IMG/VR virus record: IMGVR_UViG_3300020045_007235
Coordinates: 1 to 39,996 of that record
From: a virus
Taxonomy: Duplodnaviria; Caudoviricetes
Strand: one strand, 5' to 3'
DNA length: 39,996 nt
The first letter of the stretch is position 1; each line of letters starts with the position of its first letter. The position numbers and the translations under genes were made by a program. Below are positions 1-9,456 of this stretch, piece after piece. The notes under the pieces are model-generated. The model was not told where the DNA came from and ran no database searches. It was given only the letters and a program-made list of their open reading frames with translations.

Positions 1-121
1 CGCAACAATCACAGGATGATAACATTGCAAACAGATGTAACAGCGCTAACAAGCAGACACCCACGATATAACATCTATAGCGACCAATAAGATATGCAAA
101 AATATCAAAATTCAATTCAAA
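1..121 (+). repeat. Exact direct repeat of 1159..1279 (3' end of adaptor gene plus first 9 codons of tailspike)
   Basis: Base-for-base identity at an offset of 1158. The repeat ends in ATTCAAA. Confidence 0.95.
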
Positions 122-464
122 TTATAGCGGTTTAGGTCCTATTGTACCTATCGTCACATATACCAGCGGTTCAACTTACGCCATCAATGCCGGTTCTGAA
201 CTTGCAGCCGGTGCAACTTCAGCCAGTGCAGACATTACCTTCACAGGTGTTGCTACTACTGACAAGAACGTCATGTTTGGTCCAAGGGATGCCTATGTTA
301 TCCCAGCAGGCATCAAACTAGTTTCCGCTAAAGTAACAGCAACTAACACCGTGTCTGTTGTCTGGAAAAACACAACAGACAAAGCCATCACACCACCTGC
401 CGCAGCAACGTGGACACTGGTTGTGTTAAAGCAAATGTTTTATGTAGCAGAAAACGCAGAATAA
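117..464 (+). pseudogene. 5'-truncated second allele of the capsid decoration-like gene (39522..39878)
   Basis: Frame reads SNYSGLGPIVPIVTYTSG...VAENAE*, about 90% identical in amino acids to 39522..39878. It lacks Met-Pro-Asp and an in-frame ATG. The ATG at 94 is out of frame and stops after 13 codons. Confidence 0.75.
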
Positions 465-482
465 ACGCTCAATCCTCATTAT

Positions 483-503
483 AGCCAGGGAAGGCTCTTT
501 TTT
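483..503 (+). terminator. Short hairpin plus T-tract after the decoration gene (second copy at 39897..39917)
   Basis: AGCC-AGGGAA-GGCT followed by CTTTTTT. Confidence 0.45.
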
Positions 504-513
504 AGGCTAAAAT

Positions 514-1248
514 ATGTCAATAGTCGTTGGTTTAACAGGTCAAGCAATTACTGTAGTTGACATAATTACAGCAGCTTTGCGACTCTTGCAAGTCAAAAGT
601 CCAGACGTAGACCTGTCAGCAGAAGAAATAAACGACGGGTTCCAGGCCCTTAACATGATGGTCGATGGTTGGAGCAATGAATCACTTATGCTTCACCATA
701 TATCAAAAGAAACCTTTGCTACTGTCGATAACCAACAATCATATACATTAGGTTATGGCGCAGTCTGGAACACTGACAGACCTATAAATGTTGAAGCAAT
801 GACAGTTTCAATATCTGGAACAGATTGGCCAGTTCAGCAATTGGCTTATGATGATTATGCGTCTATCAGGTTAAAGTCATTACATTCAAATTTTGCAAGA
901 TTCTTTTATGTAGACGAGGGAGTTCAGTTCTCTACTGTCTATATCTATCCAGTTCCAGCTAATCCGCCGCCACCAGTCACACTTTACATGCGTAAAGCCC
1001 TGGCGCAATTCATTAATCCAACTGAAGAAATCATCCTCCCTAGAGGATATTTGAGAGCGTTGAAATACAACCTTGCTTGTGAACTAGCGCCAGAGTATCA
1101 AACCAATGCTGGTGAAGCTGTAATTAAAGCAGCAATGACTAGTAAAGCAGACCTTAAGCGCAACAATCACAGGATGATAACATTGCAAACAGATGTAACA
1201 GCGCTAACAAGCAGACACCCACGATATAACATCTATAGCGACCAATAA
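514..1248 (+). CDS. Head-to-tail adaptor / tail accessory factor (P22 gp4-like)
   Basis: N-terminal DIITAALRLL...E.NDGFQALNMMVDGW and C-terminal LP.GY.RALKYNLACELAPEY motifs. Located after the coat and decoration genes. Confidence 0.8.
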   Translation: MSIVVGLTGQAITVVDIITAALRLLQVKSPDVDLSAEEINDGFQALNMMVDGWSNESLMLHHISKETFATVDNQQSYTLGYGAVWNTDRPINVEAMTVSISGTDWPVQQLAYDDYASIRLKSLHSNFARFFYVDEGVQFSTVYIYPVPANPPPPVTLYMRKALAQFINPTEEIILPRGYLRALKYNLACELAPEYQTNAGEAVIKAAMTSKADLKRNNHRMITLQTDVTALTSRHPRYNIYSDQ

Positions 1249-1251
1249 GAT

Positions 1252-3219
1252 ATGCAAAAATATCAAAATTCAATTCAAAATAGAGCTGGTGATGCAATAT
1301 ACAATGCATTGATTACTGTCACCACATTAGCTGGCGCTCCTGTAGTTGTATTCTCGGATAATGGTGTAACACCACAGCCGCAAACACGGACAGATGACAA
1401 AGGCATGTTTAGCTTTTATGCTGCCAATGGACACTATAACCTTACTGTAACTGGAGATCATATTGTCACATATACACTCACAGACGTGCTTATTGACGAT
1501 AGTAATACCGATACTATAGTTGTAGATACTTTCGATACCATAGCGACAATAGCGGCTTTAAAAAGCCTTATTGGAGTAACCAACAATACAACTGTTTCAA
1601 CACTTGGCTATTGGGCGGCTGGTGATGGTGGGGCAGGCACTTATCGATTTGACTTGGCTGATACGACTAGCGCAGATAATGGCGGCACTGTTATTGTAGC
1701 GAATGATGGTGGTCGGTGGAAATTAGTCCACGATTACACTGTTGATGTTGCTCAGTTTGGCGCATGTACTGGAACTGATGACCTTATTTACTTGAATGCT
1801 GCATTGACATGGGCTGATGCCGTTATAACAGCTGATACAGTTGATACGATCACATTAACAAGCAATCATCAATTATATACTAGTGATACAATCGTTCATC
1901 CAGGCTCTGTAGGGCTTCATTTAAACTGGCCTGGTGGTTTAACTACGGCAGCATCTTGGGTAGGACTCGATACTGATAATATTATTGAAATAGTAGCTAT
2001 TTCAACACAACATATTCTTGGCAATGTTGACTGTCAAAATGTTTGTAATGGCGTTAAATATGGTGGTTACAGGATGCAATTGTCAGAGACAAGCATCTTT
2101 CACGGTAAATATTATCAATTAACTGGTACAGGTGAATGCCGTATATCAGTTAACGCTAATCAATGGTTAAAGAGCGATCCGGAGTTTTTAGATAAAGCCA
2201 ACTTCACGGCTTATGGATTTTATCTTGATGGTGCAGATACTTTGTTTATTGATTGCACAGTAGCTTTGTGCCTATATCCAATTTATCTTGCATCTACAGC
2301 AAAAGCTTATGCGTTCCTGAACTGCCATTTCTGGCAAGGAACAGGTGGCGGACCTGGCCCTGTACCTGTTGATCCTATTATCGTTGTCAATCAATCTAAC
2401 TCATATAATTACATGTATGGCTGTTATTTTGACAATGGTTATGTATATATGAAAAGAGCAGGTCTTTATATTCAGGGAGGACAATATACTCATAATGCAT
2501 TAACCAATATCACTGAACCTTATATCAGATATTTTTGTGCAGCTAACAACGTATCGCCTACTACTGCATTAATAAAGAACATCAAGGCATCAGTCGGTTT
2601 TTATACAGACCCCGACACTGGCAATGTCTATCCTGGCGATTTTACAACCATAAATGCTTTAAGTGTTGATAAGTCAAAAGGTGAGTCAATGAGTGTGTTT
2701 AGATATGATTATAATGTCTGTCCAAATGAAGGCACAACACCAGCCAGAGTGCATTTAAAGCCAATAGATGAATGGGTTGATTCATATCAAATAGGTATTA
2801 ATGATCCGGTAAAAATGTCTTATGGTGTTGGTGAGATAGGGATCATAGCTCCTATAGCAAGGTTTACAAGTGGTTCAGGTGTTCCTCATAAAGTAAAGCT
2901 TGGCTCTGGTTTAGTTGGCTTATCGCAAAGTACGAGTAATGAGTTAACATTCTCTAACGATGTACAAGACATGTGGTATCTGAATAATGGTGCTACAGGT
3001 GATATATTACCTCTTGCAGATGCTAGTTATAACATAGGTTCATCAACTGCCAGAGTACAAAATACTTTTACAAAACAGCTAAGAGTTTCACCTTCTACTA
3101 CAGAAACATTGCCACACAATTTAACCATTGGCTTTAAATGGGTAGATGATACGCATTTCATGTTTATGCAACGTGGATCAGATGGCGTAACCAGAACTGT
3201 AACCTTAACTACAGCATAA
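1252..3219 (+). CDS. Tailspike / receptor-binding protein with probable beta-helix depolymerase domain
   Basis: Tailspike N-terminal module TIAALKSL...GYWAAGDGGAGTY...DNGGTVIVANDGGRWK, followed by V.QFGA...DD...LNAAL (pectate-lyase-like entry) and a beta-rich body. Confidence 0.75.
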   Translation: MQKYQNSIQNRAGDAIYNALITVTTLAGAPVVVFSDNGVTPQPQTRTDDKGMFSFYAANGHYNLTVTGDHIVTYTLTDVLIDDSNTDTIVVDTFDTIATIAALKSLIGVTNNTTVSTLGYWAAGDGGAGTYRFDLADTTSADNGGTVIVANDGGRWKLVHDYTVDVAQFGACTGTDDLIYLNAALTWADAVITADTVDTITLTSNHQLYTSDTIVHPGSVGLHLNWPGGLTTAASWVGLDTDNIIEIVAISTQHILGNVDCQNVCNGVKYGGYRMQLSETSIFHGKYYQLTGTGECRISVNANQWLKSDPEFLDKANFTAYGFYLDGADTLFIDCTVALCLYPIYLASTAKAYAFLNCHFWQGTGGGPGPVPVDPIIVVNQSNSYNYMYGCYFDNGYVYMKRAGLYIQGGQYTHNALTNITEPYIRYFCAANNVSPTTALIKNIKASVGFYTDPDTGNVYPGDFTTINALSVDKSKGESMSVFRYDYNVCPNEGTTPARVHLKPIDEWVDSYQIGINDPVKMSYGVGEIGIIAPIARFTSGSGVPHKVKLGSGLVGLSQSTSNELTFSNDVQDMWYLNNGATGDILPLADASYNIGSSTARVQNTFTKQLRVSPSTTETLPHNLTIGFKWVDDTHFMFMQRGSDGVTRTVTLTTA

Positions 3220-3224
3220 AAAAT

Positions 3225-3350
3225 ATGGCTCAACCAACACTCAAAGAAGTTTTACAAGGCATCCCACAAGCGGCGCAAACGCTTAAGGCTTTAGGTAAAA
3301 ATACCTTAAAGGATATGCTTCCAAAAAAGAAAAAGAAACCTGCTAAATGA
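3225..3350 (+). CDS. Small basic hypothetical protein (41 aa)
   Basis: MAQPTLKEVLQGIPQAAQTLKALGKNTLKDMLPKKKKKPAK. Fills the gap and overlaps the gp10 start via ATGA. Below the ORF track cutoff. Confidence 0.55.
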   Translation: MAQPTLKEVLQGIPQAAQTLKALGKNTLKDMLPKKKKKPAK

Positions 3351-4786
3351 CAACAGCATACAATTTATTTGGTTTGGGACAACAATCAAAGTCTAGCAAC
3401 TTCACAGCTGCAAAGAGGCTGAATTGTTACTATGACTTGCAAAAAACAGGTGATAAAGCCAATGTTGTAGCTTATGGAACTCCTGGATTAACTGAGTTTC
3501 TGCAAATATCAGATCAAAAAATATCAGGCATCCATTATGTAGAAAAGTCAGATCGTGTATTTGTTGTGCAAGGCAGATTACTTTATCGTGTCCGGAGCAA
3601 TGGCACATACTTGCAACGTGGAGAGTTAAATGGAGTCCCTGGTTCTTATGTGGGGATGGCTAACAATGGCGATCAGGTAGCTATATTCGATGGTGTTTAC
3701 GCCTATATACTGGACATACCTACTGGTGTATTTACAGACATAACAGCATCATTGCCTTGGGTAACTACTCCAGGAACAGACCTTGCCGGAAACAGTGTTA
3801 CTTTCCTTGATGGTCGCCTTATTGCCCGCAGACCTGGAACTGGTCAGTTTTATATGTCTGGTTTGTATGATGGCTTGACTTGGGGAGCTCTTGATTTTGC
3901 TACAGCGGAAAACCTTCCGGATCAACTTGTCGATGTAATGGCAGATAAAGGCAACCTTGCCTTAATTGGTAGTCTTAGTGTTGAAATTTGGGCGAATGTT
4001 GGGGATCCAGTATTCCCATATCAACGAGTTAATGCAGCACCAACAGACGGTGGATGCGCAGCTCGATGGTCATTACAAAAGTGTAAATCATCGATTACAG
4101 GATTATTCAGAAATAAGGCAGGTGCATTGTCTGTCTGTATTTTAGATGGTTATCAATTGATACCTATATCAGATTTTGATATGGATTACATAATCAATGG
4201 ATATTCTAATACTCATGATGCCGTAGGTTACAGTTATGTTTTGAATGGTCGGCAGTTTTATCAGATAAGTTTCCCTACAGAAGAAAAAACATGGTTATAT
4301 GACTTTGAATCGCAATGCTGGTCACAGTTAAAAAGCCAATACTCAGAAAGGCATTATGGAGACATTGGGACAGCCTATAATAACTTACATTTTGTAACTG
4401 ATTACCGTAACGGTAAAATTTATTATCTTGATGTTAACAACTATACAGACAATGGCGACAGAATAGAAAGGGAGATAATTGGCACGCATTTAACGGTTCC
4501 AAGCATGAATTACTCAATCATTAATAGATTAAGAGTTGATTGTGAAACAGGAACAGGAAGCCCGACACTAAACCCTCAATTGATGCTCTCAGTATCAAGA
4601 GATTATGGTCATAATTTTGGTAATGAGATGTGGCAAAACATGGGTAAGTCTGGCGAATATACTAAACGGTGCGAATGGCGCAGGTTAGGAAGGTCAAGAG
4701 ATTGGGTATTCAAACTAAGAATGACGGATAATGCAAAATTTGCTATAATCGGGGCAGTTGTTGAAGCCAAGGAACTCAACAAATGA
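3347..4786 (+). CDS. Packaged-DNA stabilisation / tail hub protein (P22 gp10-like)
   Basis: 479 aa with YGTPGL, LDFATAE..PD, SVEIW.NVG, and LSVSRDYGHNF...W..MGKSGEY.KR.EWRRLG motifs typical of gp10. Confidence 0.85.
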   Translation: MTTAYNLFGLGQQSKSSNFTAAKRLNCYYDLQKTGDKANVVAYGTPGLTEFLQISDQKISGIHYVEKSDRVFVVQGRLLYRVRSNGTYLQRGELNGVPGSYVGMANNGDQVAIFDGVYAYILDIPTGVFTDITASLPWVTTPGTDLAGNSVTFLDGRLIARRPGTGQFYMSGLYDGLTWGALDFATAENLPDQLVDVMADKGNLALIGSLSVEIWANVGDPVFPYQRVNAAPTDGGCAARWSLQKCKSSITGLFRNKAGALSVCILDGYQLIPISDFDMDYIINGYSNTHDAVGYSYVLNGRQFYQISFPTEEKTWLYDFESQCWSQLKSQYSERHYGDIGTAYNNLHFVTDYRNGKIYYLDVNNYTDNGDRIEREIIGTHLTVPSMNYSIINRLRVDCETGTGSPTLNPQLMLSVSRDYGHNFGNEMWQNMGKSGEYTKRCEWRRLGRSRDWVFKLRMTDNAKFAIIGAVVEAKELNK

Positions 4787-5001
4787 AATCACCTATAGCC
4801 CCCGTACAAACACCAATTGATAGTGAAATCCCTATCGCTTGGCGCATCTATTTTAATCAGTTACAAACCCATTTAGTACATCTTCCGAGCGCCGGTAAAG
4901 CACTTCCAGAATATGCAGACGATACCGCAGCAGAGGCAGGTGGATTGACTATTTATGGCTATTACAGGACAGGTTCAATTGTCAAACAGCGAGTCGTTTA
5001 A
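4783..5001 (+). CDS. Small tail protein (position of the P22 gp26 needle)
   Basis: P..TP.D....WRIYF N-terminus directly after gp10. The C-terminal YADD.AA.AGGL..YGYYRTG..VK.R element resembles phage fibre tips. Confidence 0.5.
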   Translation: MKSPIAPVQTPIDSEIPIAWRIYFNQLQTHLVHLPSAGKALPEYADDTAAEAGGLTIYGYYRTGSIVKQRVV

Positions 5002-5008
5002 TTTTCCA

Positions 5009-5464
5009 ATGTTACTTGAGAATGTCAGCTTTGACGTTGCTCAATATAATAACAGAGAGAAGATTGAGATAATCGAATGGTTAATACTAAACAGCAATAA
5101 CAACATTGCTGATGAATTACCCGTAAAACACGTTGTCTATGGTGGTATGTATGCCAGGGAGCTATTTATACCAGAAGGTGTTGTATTAACAGGTAAGATA
5201 CACCTTGAAGATCACATCTGCATATTGTCAGAAGGCGATCTCTCTGTTATGACAGATGATGGCATCAAGAGAATACAAGCTCCTTATATGTTCAATGCTA
5301 AAGCAGGCATAAAGAAAATAGGTTATGCACATATTGACTGTACATTTACAACAGTGCATAAAACAGATTTAACGGACATTGAAGAAATTGAAAATAAATT
5401 ATTTTCTGATGGCAATATTGAATGGGTTGGTGAACTAATGAACAAACAACTGGAGTTAACATAA
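5009..5464 (+). CDS. Cupin-fold phage protein
   Basis: H..YGGMYARELFIPEG.VLTGKIH..DH.CILS.G motif. Start moved to the ATG at 5009, after the upstream stop. Confidence 0.65.
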   Translation: MLLENVSFDVAQYNNREKIEIIEWLILNSNNNIADELPVKHVVYGGMYARELFIPEGVVLTGKIHLEDHICILSEGDLSVMTDDGIKRIQAPYMFNAKAGIKKIGYAHIDCTFTTVHKTDLTDIEEIENKLFSDGNIEWVGELMNKQLELT

Positions 5465-6303
5465 TGTCAGCCGCAATTTCTGCCGCAGCTATAGGAGCAG
5501 CAACATCAATAGGGATGGGTGTGGCTAATGCCTCTAGTGGTAAAAAAGCCAATGCTAACGCATCCAAAGCCAATTTTGAGCAAGCTGTGTTGAACATGAA
5601 AATGCTCGACGCTGGCAGGAATGAAGCTAATCAGGCATTACAGCCTTGGGTTGAGTCTGGAACACAAGCTAACGCACAGCTACAACAAGAATTACAAGGT
5701 TACAAGCCTTATGGCATGGAGCAATATAAAAATGATCCAGGCTACACTCCAATGGTCAATAGCCTTGAAGAATTACAGCGCACACCAGGGTATAAATTTC
5801 AGCTAGAGCAAGGTCAGCAGGCAATAGACAATAGTGCAGCAGCGAGAGGTTCATTGCTCTCAGGAAGGCAAATAAAGGCTACTAACGACTATGCCCAGAA
5901 CGTTGCCTCAACTGGCTATCAATCAGCATGGGATAGAGCACAGAGAGCTTATCAATCAGCTTTTGATCGAAACAGATCACAGCAGCAACAGCGATTCAGT
6001 CAATTAGGTTTTGCATCTGGTCAAGGACAACAAGCAGCAGGTCAGCAAGGTGCTAATACCTTAAATGCTTTTAATCAGATCGCAGGTGGCAACACCAACA
6101 ACATAAATACTCAAACTGGTTTGATGATGGACAATACTGCCACTACACAAGGTTTTAACAATACTGTTAACTCGACATTGCAAGAGCTTTTAGGTAATAA
6201 AAAAGCTAGCGGTGGGCTGTATAGTCTGTTCAATAACCAACAACAACCATACGATAATATTAGTAATGCAGTTGGATCAACTATGCAAAAGGTTATACTC
6301 TAA
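5464..6303 (+). CDS. DNA ejection / pilot protein (P22 gp7-like)
   Basis: Ala/Gly-rich N-terminus, LQPWVESG, PGYKFQLEQGQQAIDNSAAARG.LLSG motif, Gln/Asn-rich. Confidence 0.75.
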   Translation: MSAAISAAAIGAATSIGMGVANASSGKKANANASKANFEQAVLNMKMLDAGRNEANQALQPWVESGTQANAQLQQELQGYKPYGMEQYKNDPGYTPMVNSLEELQRTPGYKFQLEQGQQAIDNSAAARGSLLSGRQIKATNDYAQNVASTGYQSAWDRAQRAYQSAFDRNRSQQQQRFSQLGFASGQGQQAAGQQGANTLNAFNQIAGGNTNNINTQTGLMMDNTATTQGFNNTVNSTLQELLGNKKASGGLYSLFNNQQQPYDNISNAVGSTMQKVIL

Positions 6304-7898
6304 TGCCATATTTAGCACCTGAAACACCTGGACAAGTTCGAGCAAGACTTGCAGATACAGACTACAAAGAGCAAGCTACAGAGTCATCACAACTCAGAAA
6401 TATGCTATTGGGACAGGAAAATCAAAGAGCAAACCAACTAAGACAGGTTTATCAAAGTGGCGGACAGCCAACTAATAGCCAAATAGGACAATATAAGCCT
6501 GAATTAGCTATTGAGCAGCAACAAGATAATTTTGAGAATGATATTAAAAAGCATAACTTTATAGCTGGCGTGTCAAGAGCTGTATTAAATAGAGTTGAAG
6601 CAACAGGGCTACAGGAAGGCACTCCTGAATATATGGAAGTATTCAACAAAACAATGGATGCATACAAACCACAAGTAGCACAGGTTTTAGGAAAGCCAGA
6701 AATATTAAATACACCAAATGATTTAAATGCAGTTAAAGCACTTGCTTCATGGGATCAGCAACAAGGCGATCTTAAAAACCATATAAGAATAGTTTATGAC
6801 CAAAATGGACAAGCATTATTGGTTGATACGGCGTCAGATGACGGTAATGTAAGGCCTTTATCATATAATGGAGAAATAGTACAAGGCGCTCAATATAGTC
6901 CTGAATTAGCAGGAAAAAAGAAACAAGCTGAGGAGCAGCAGCGTATCATTAATGTTACCGACCCTGAAGGCCGTGAATTTCCTATACAGGCAGGCGAAGC
7001 AGTTGCACCAGTTAGTAATAACTTTGGCAATTTACGCAAACCTGGTTCAAAAACAGAATTTCAATCCTTCAATAGTCCACAAGAAGGATTAGCAGCACTT
7101 GATAGGCAGTTAGAGATATTTGGCAAACGTGACGGTATAGACACAGTTGAAGGTCTTTTGAATAAATATTCGCCTTCAAATGAAAACAATACTGCGAAGT
7201 TAATAGCTAATATGCAGAAACGCACAGGACTAAAGCCTGGGCAAAAAATAGACCTTACAGACCCAAGACAACGACACATTATTGCTTCTAACATCATGTT
7301 GCAAGAAGAGCCAGTGTTCAGGCTTGGACAGACAACTAAAGCAAAGGAACAAGCTCAAAGTGAAGTTAAAATAGCCGAGGACTTGGCCAAAGAAAAGAAC
7401 AAGCAGGTATTATCACAAAGTGATCCTGTAAAAGTTAAGGCTGTTCAAAATGCTGATATGTTACTCGATGAACTCGAGGGCAAATATGAAGAATTGCTTA
7501 ATTTAGGTGGCATTGTAAATCCTGAAAATTCATCATCAGCTAATCTCGCAACATCATTAAAAGCTTCTCCAGTTGGTCAGTATATTGGAGAAAAAACAGG
7601 TGCTAAGGCTGCCTCTACAAGAAATTCAATTGAGTCTCTCATATCATCAATGGTTCCTGTAATAATGAAGGCATCTGCAACAACAGGTGGACAGCTCAAT
7701 AGCGAATCAGAATTAAGACAGTTCTTGAAATCATTAACACGTCCTGATTCGGATATAAAATCAGTAAGAGATCAATTATCTGTTCTTAGGAAAATGTATG
7801 GGAGCCAAGGAAAACAATCTAATACACAAGCGCCATCTGTAACGAATCAAGAACCAGTTGTGATAAAGTATGATGCAAATGGAAACAGGATAAAATAA
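6303..7898 (+). CDS. DNA ejection protein with internal lysozyme-like domain
   Basis: Located between gp7-like and gp16-like genes. Internal NNFGNLR...F.SF.SPQEGLAAL..QL...DTVEGLLNKYSPSNENNT segment is typical of virion peptidoglycan-hydrolase-like domains. Confidence 0.65.
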   Translation: MPYLAPETPGQVRARLADTDYKEQATESSQLRNMLLGQENQRANQLRQVYQSGGQPTNSQIGQYKPELAIEQQQDNFENDIKKHNFIAGVSRAVLNRVEATGLQEGTPEYMEVFNKTMDAYKPQVAQVLGKPEILNTPNDLNAVKALASWDQQQGDLKNHIRIVYDQNGQALLVDTASDDGNVRPLSYNGEIVQGAQYSPELAGKKKQAEEQQRIINVTDPEGREFPIQAGEAVAPVSNNFGNLRKPGSKTEFQSFNSPQEGLAALDRQLEIFGKRDGIDTVEGLLNKYSPSNENNTAKLIANMQKRTGLKPGQKIDLTDPRQRHIIASNIMLQEEPVFRLGQTTKAKEQAQSEVKIAEDLAKEKNKQVLSQSDPVKVKAVQNADMLLDELEGKYEELLNLGGIVNPENSSSANLATSLKASPVGQYIGEKTGAKAASTRNSIESLISSMVPVIMKASATTGGQLNSESELRQFLKSLTRPDSDIKSVRDQLSVLRKMYGSQGKQSNTQAPSVTNQEPVVIKYDANGNRIK

Positions 7899-9454
7899 TG
7901 CCTAAATATGCACAATTGCCAGACGGAACAAGATTAGAGTTTCCTGATAATACACAAGATGACATTATTGATTTAACAGTTAAAAAACATTTGTCATCAG
8001 CAAATAAGGTTCAATATCACGGCAGAAACGTCGAAGACTTGAGTGCGCCATCAAAGTTTTTGATTGGGGCAGGTAATGAAGTTCTTAATCTTGGTCGTGG
8101 TTTTAAGCAGGCTTATAACATTGGTGATCAACAGGCATTAAATAAAGATATTGCAGAGGGCCGTCAATTAAAGCAAGAGCTTGAAAAGTCTGACGCCGGG
8201 TTTGCTGGTAGCATATTAGGCAGTATTGCACCTGTTATAGCTACCGGTGGTGCGTCATTACCTGGTGCTGTCGCTTCTGGTGTTGTTTATGGTGCAATGC
8301 AGCCAACTCTAGGAGATGAATCAAGACCAGCCAATATGACATTAGGAGGAATCCTTGGCACTGTTGGCCCTGCTATAGGAACTATTGCCGGTGGTTTCGG
8401 TAACCGTGGTGTACTTAAGGCTTCCGATGCTGCAAAACGGTTAATGGCTCAAGGCATACAGCCAACAATAGGCCAAGGAGTAGAGCAAAACATGTTAGGA
8501 CGTGCTTTGCGTGGCATAGAGGAAGGATCAAGCTCAATTCCTTGGGTTGGTAGTGCTGTTAAAGGTGGTCGTGATAGAGCTAGGAATGAATTTACAAAAG
8601 CGGTTTTTAATCAAGTTTCAGATACTGCACAAATACCAAAAGTTACTGAATTTGGTGAGCGTGGCATAGACCAGCTTCACAATTCATTTAATAAAGCATA
8701 CAAACAGCAATTATCAGGTTATGACTTACCTGTAAAACCTGAGTTAATTAGCAATATTGATGGTATAATCAGCGATAATTCAAGATTTTTAGATGATCAA
8801 AAAAGAAAGTTCTTGACTAATTTTGTGCAGTCAAACTTTAATGCGATAGACTCAACAGGTGGTAAAGTATCTGCTGAAGCATTGCATGATGTTGCATCAA
8901 ATCTTAAATCAAAAGCCAGAGGGCTTATAGGATCAACAGATAAGATGCAAGAAGAAGTCGGTATGGCATTAAATGATATTGCTGAATCGTTGGCATCATA
9001 CAGAAACAAATTTTTGCCTGAAGATGTAAAAAATGCCATTAAAAATATAGACTCAGGTTATGCAAAGTATAAAAGACTAGAAAGAGCAGCATCAGGAGTC
9101 GGAGCGGTAGAAGGTGAATTTACACCAACTCAGCTTTATAACTCAATAAGAGCATTAGAAAAAGGCAAGGACAAGGCTAAATTTGCTCGTGGCGGCTCAT
9201 TAATGCAGGGCATAACCAGTGATGCTAAAAAGATTTTATCTGATAAGCTTGGAGACTCTGGAACAGCTGGTAGGGAATTAAATGCAAGCTCATTAGCACA
9301 GGTTCTAGGTCTGGCAGGAATAATACCAGCAAAAGCCTTAATGTCTCGTGGTGTATCTAAATATGCTTTAGGTGGCTATAGAGGACAAAGAGCAGCAGAG
9401 AATGTTTTACGTAACATACTGACTCCAGTATCAATAAGCAATGTAGGCGAATAA
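7898..9454 (+). CDS. DNA ejection / injection protein
   Basis: LPDGTRLEFPD N-terminus, Gly/Ala-rich hydrophobic segment, GIQPTIGQ motif. Last of three ejection-type genes. Confidence 0.65.
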   Translation: MPKYAQLPDGTRLEFPDNTQDDIIDLTVKKHLSSANKVQYHGRNVEDLSAPSKFLIGAGNEVLNLGRGFKQAYNIGDQQALNKDIAEGRQLKQELEKSDAGFAGSILGSIAPVIATGGASLPGAVASGVVYGAMQPTLGDESRPANMTLGGILGTVGPAIGTIAGGFGNRGVLKASDAAKRLMAQGIQPTIGQGVEQNMLGRALRGIEEGSSSIPWVGSAVKGGRDRARNEFTKAVFNQVSDTAQIPKVTEFGERGIDQLHNSFNKAYKQQLSGYDLPVKPELISNIDGIISDNSRFLDDQKRKFLTNFVQSNFNAIDSTGGKVSAEALHDVASNLKSKARGLIGSTDKMQEEVGMALNDIAESLASYRNKFLPEDVKNAIKNIDSGYAKYKRLERAASGVGAVEGEFTPTQLYNSIRALEKGKDKAKFARGGSLMQGITSDAKKILSDKLGDSGTAGRELNASSLAQVLGLAGIIPAKALMSRGVSKYALGGYRGQRAAENVLRNILTPVSISNVGE

Positions 9455-9456
9455 GA

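Larger units (their letters stand above)
115..581 (+). repeat. Diverged direct repeat of 39529..39995
   Basis: Collinear and ungapped at an offset of 39414. About 80% identical in the decoration gene and near-identical in the following intergenic region. Confidence 0.95.

Noticed and set aside
94-135. Programmed frameshift from the duplicated tailspike ATG into the truncated decoration allele
   Set aside because: A -1 shift would restore the frame, but I see no canonical X XXY YYZ slippery site in the right phase and no stimulatory structure.
115-464. Diversity-generating retroelement template/variable repeat pair with 39529..39878
   Set aside because: No reverse transcriptase is in the window, and the differences are mostly third-position changes at all four bases rather than adenine-specific.
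115-581. True direct terminal repeat of the virion DNA
   Set aside because: The copies are only about 80% identical in the coding part, and the TerL is of a headful type.
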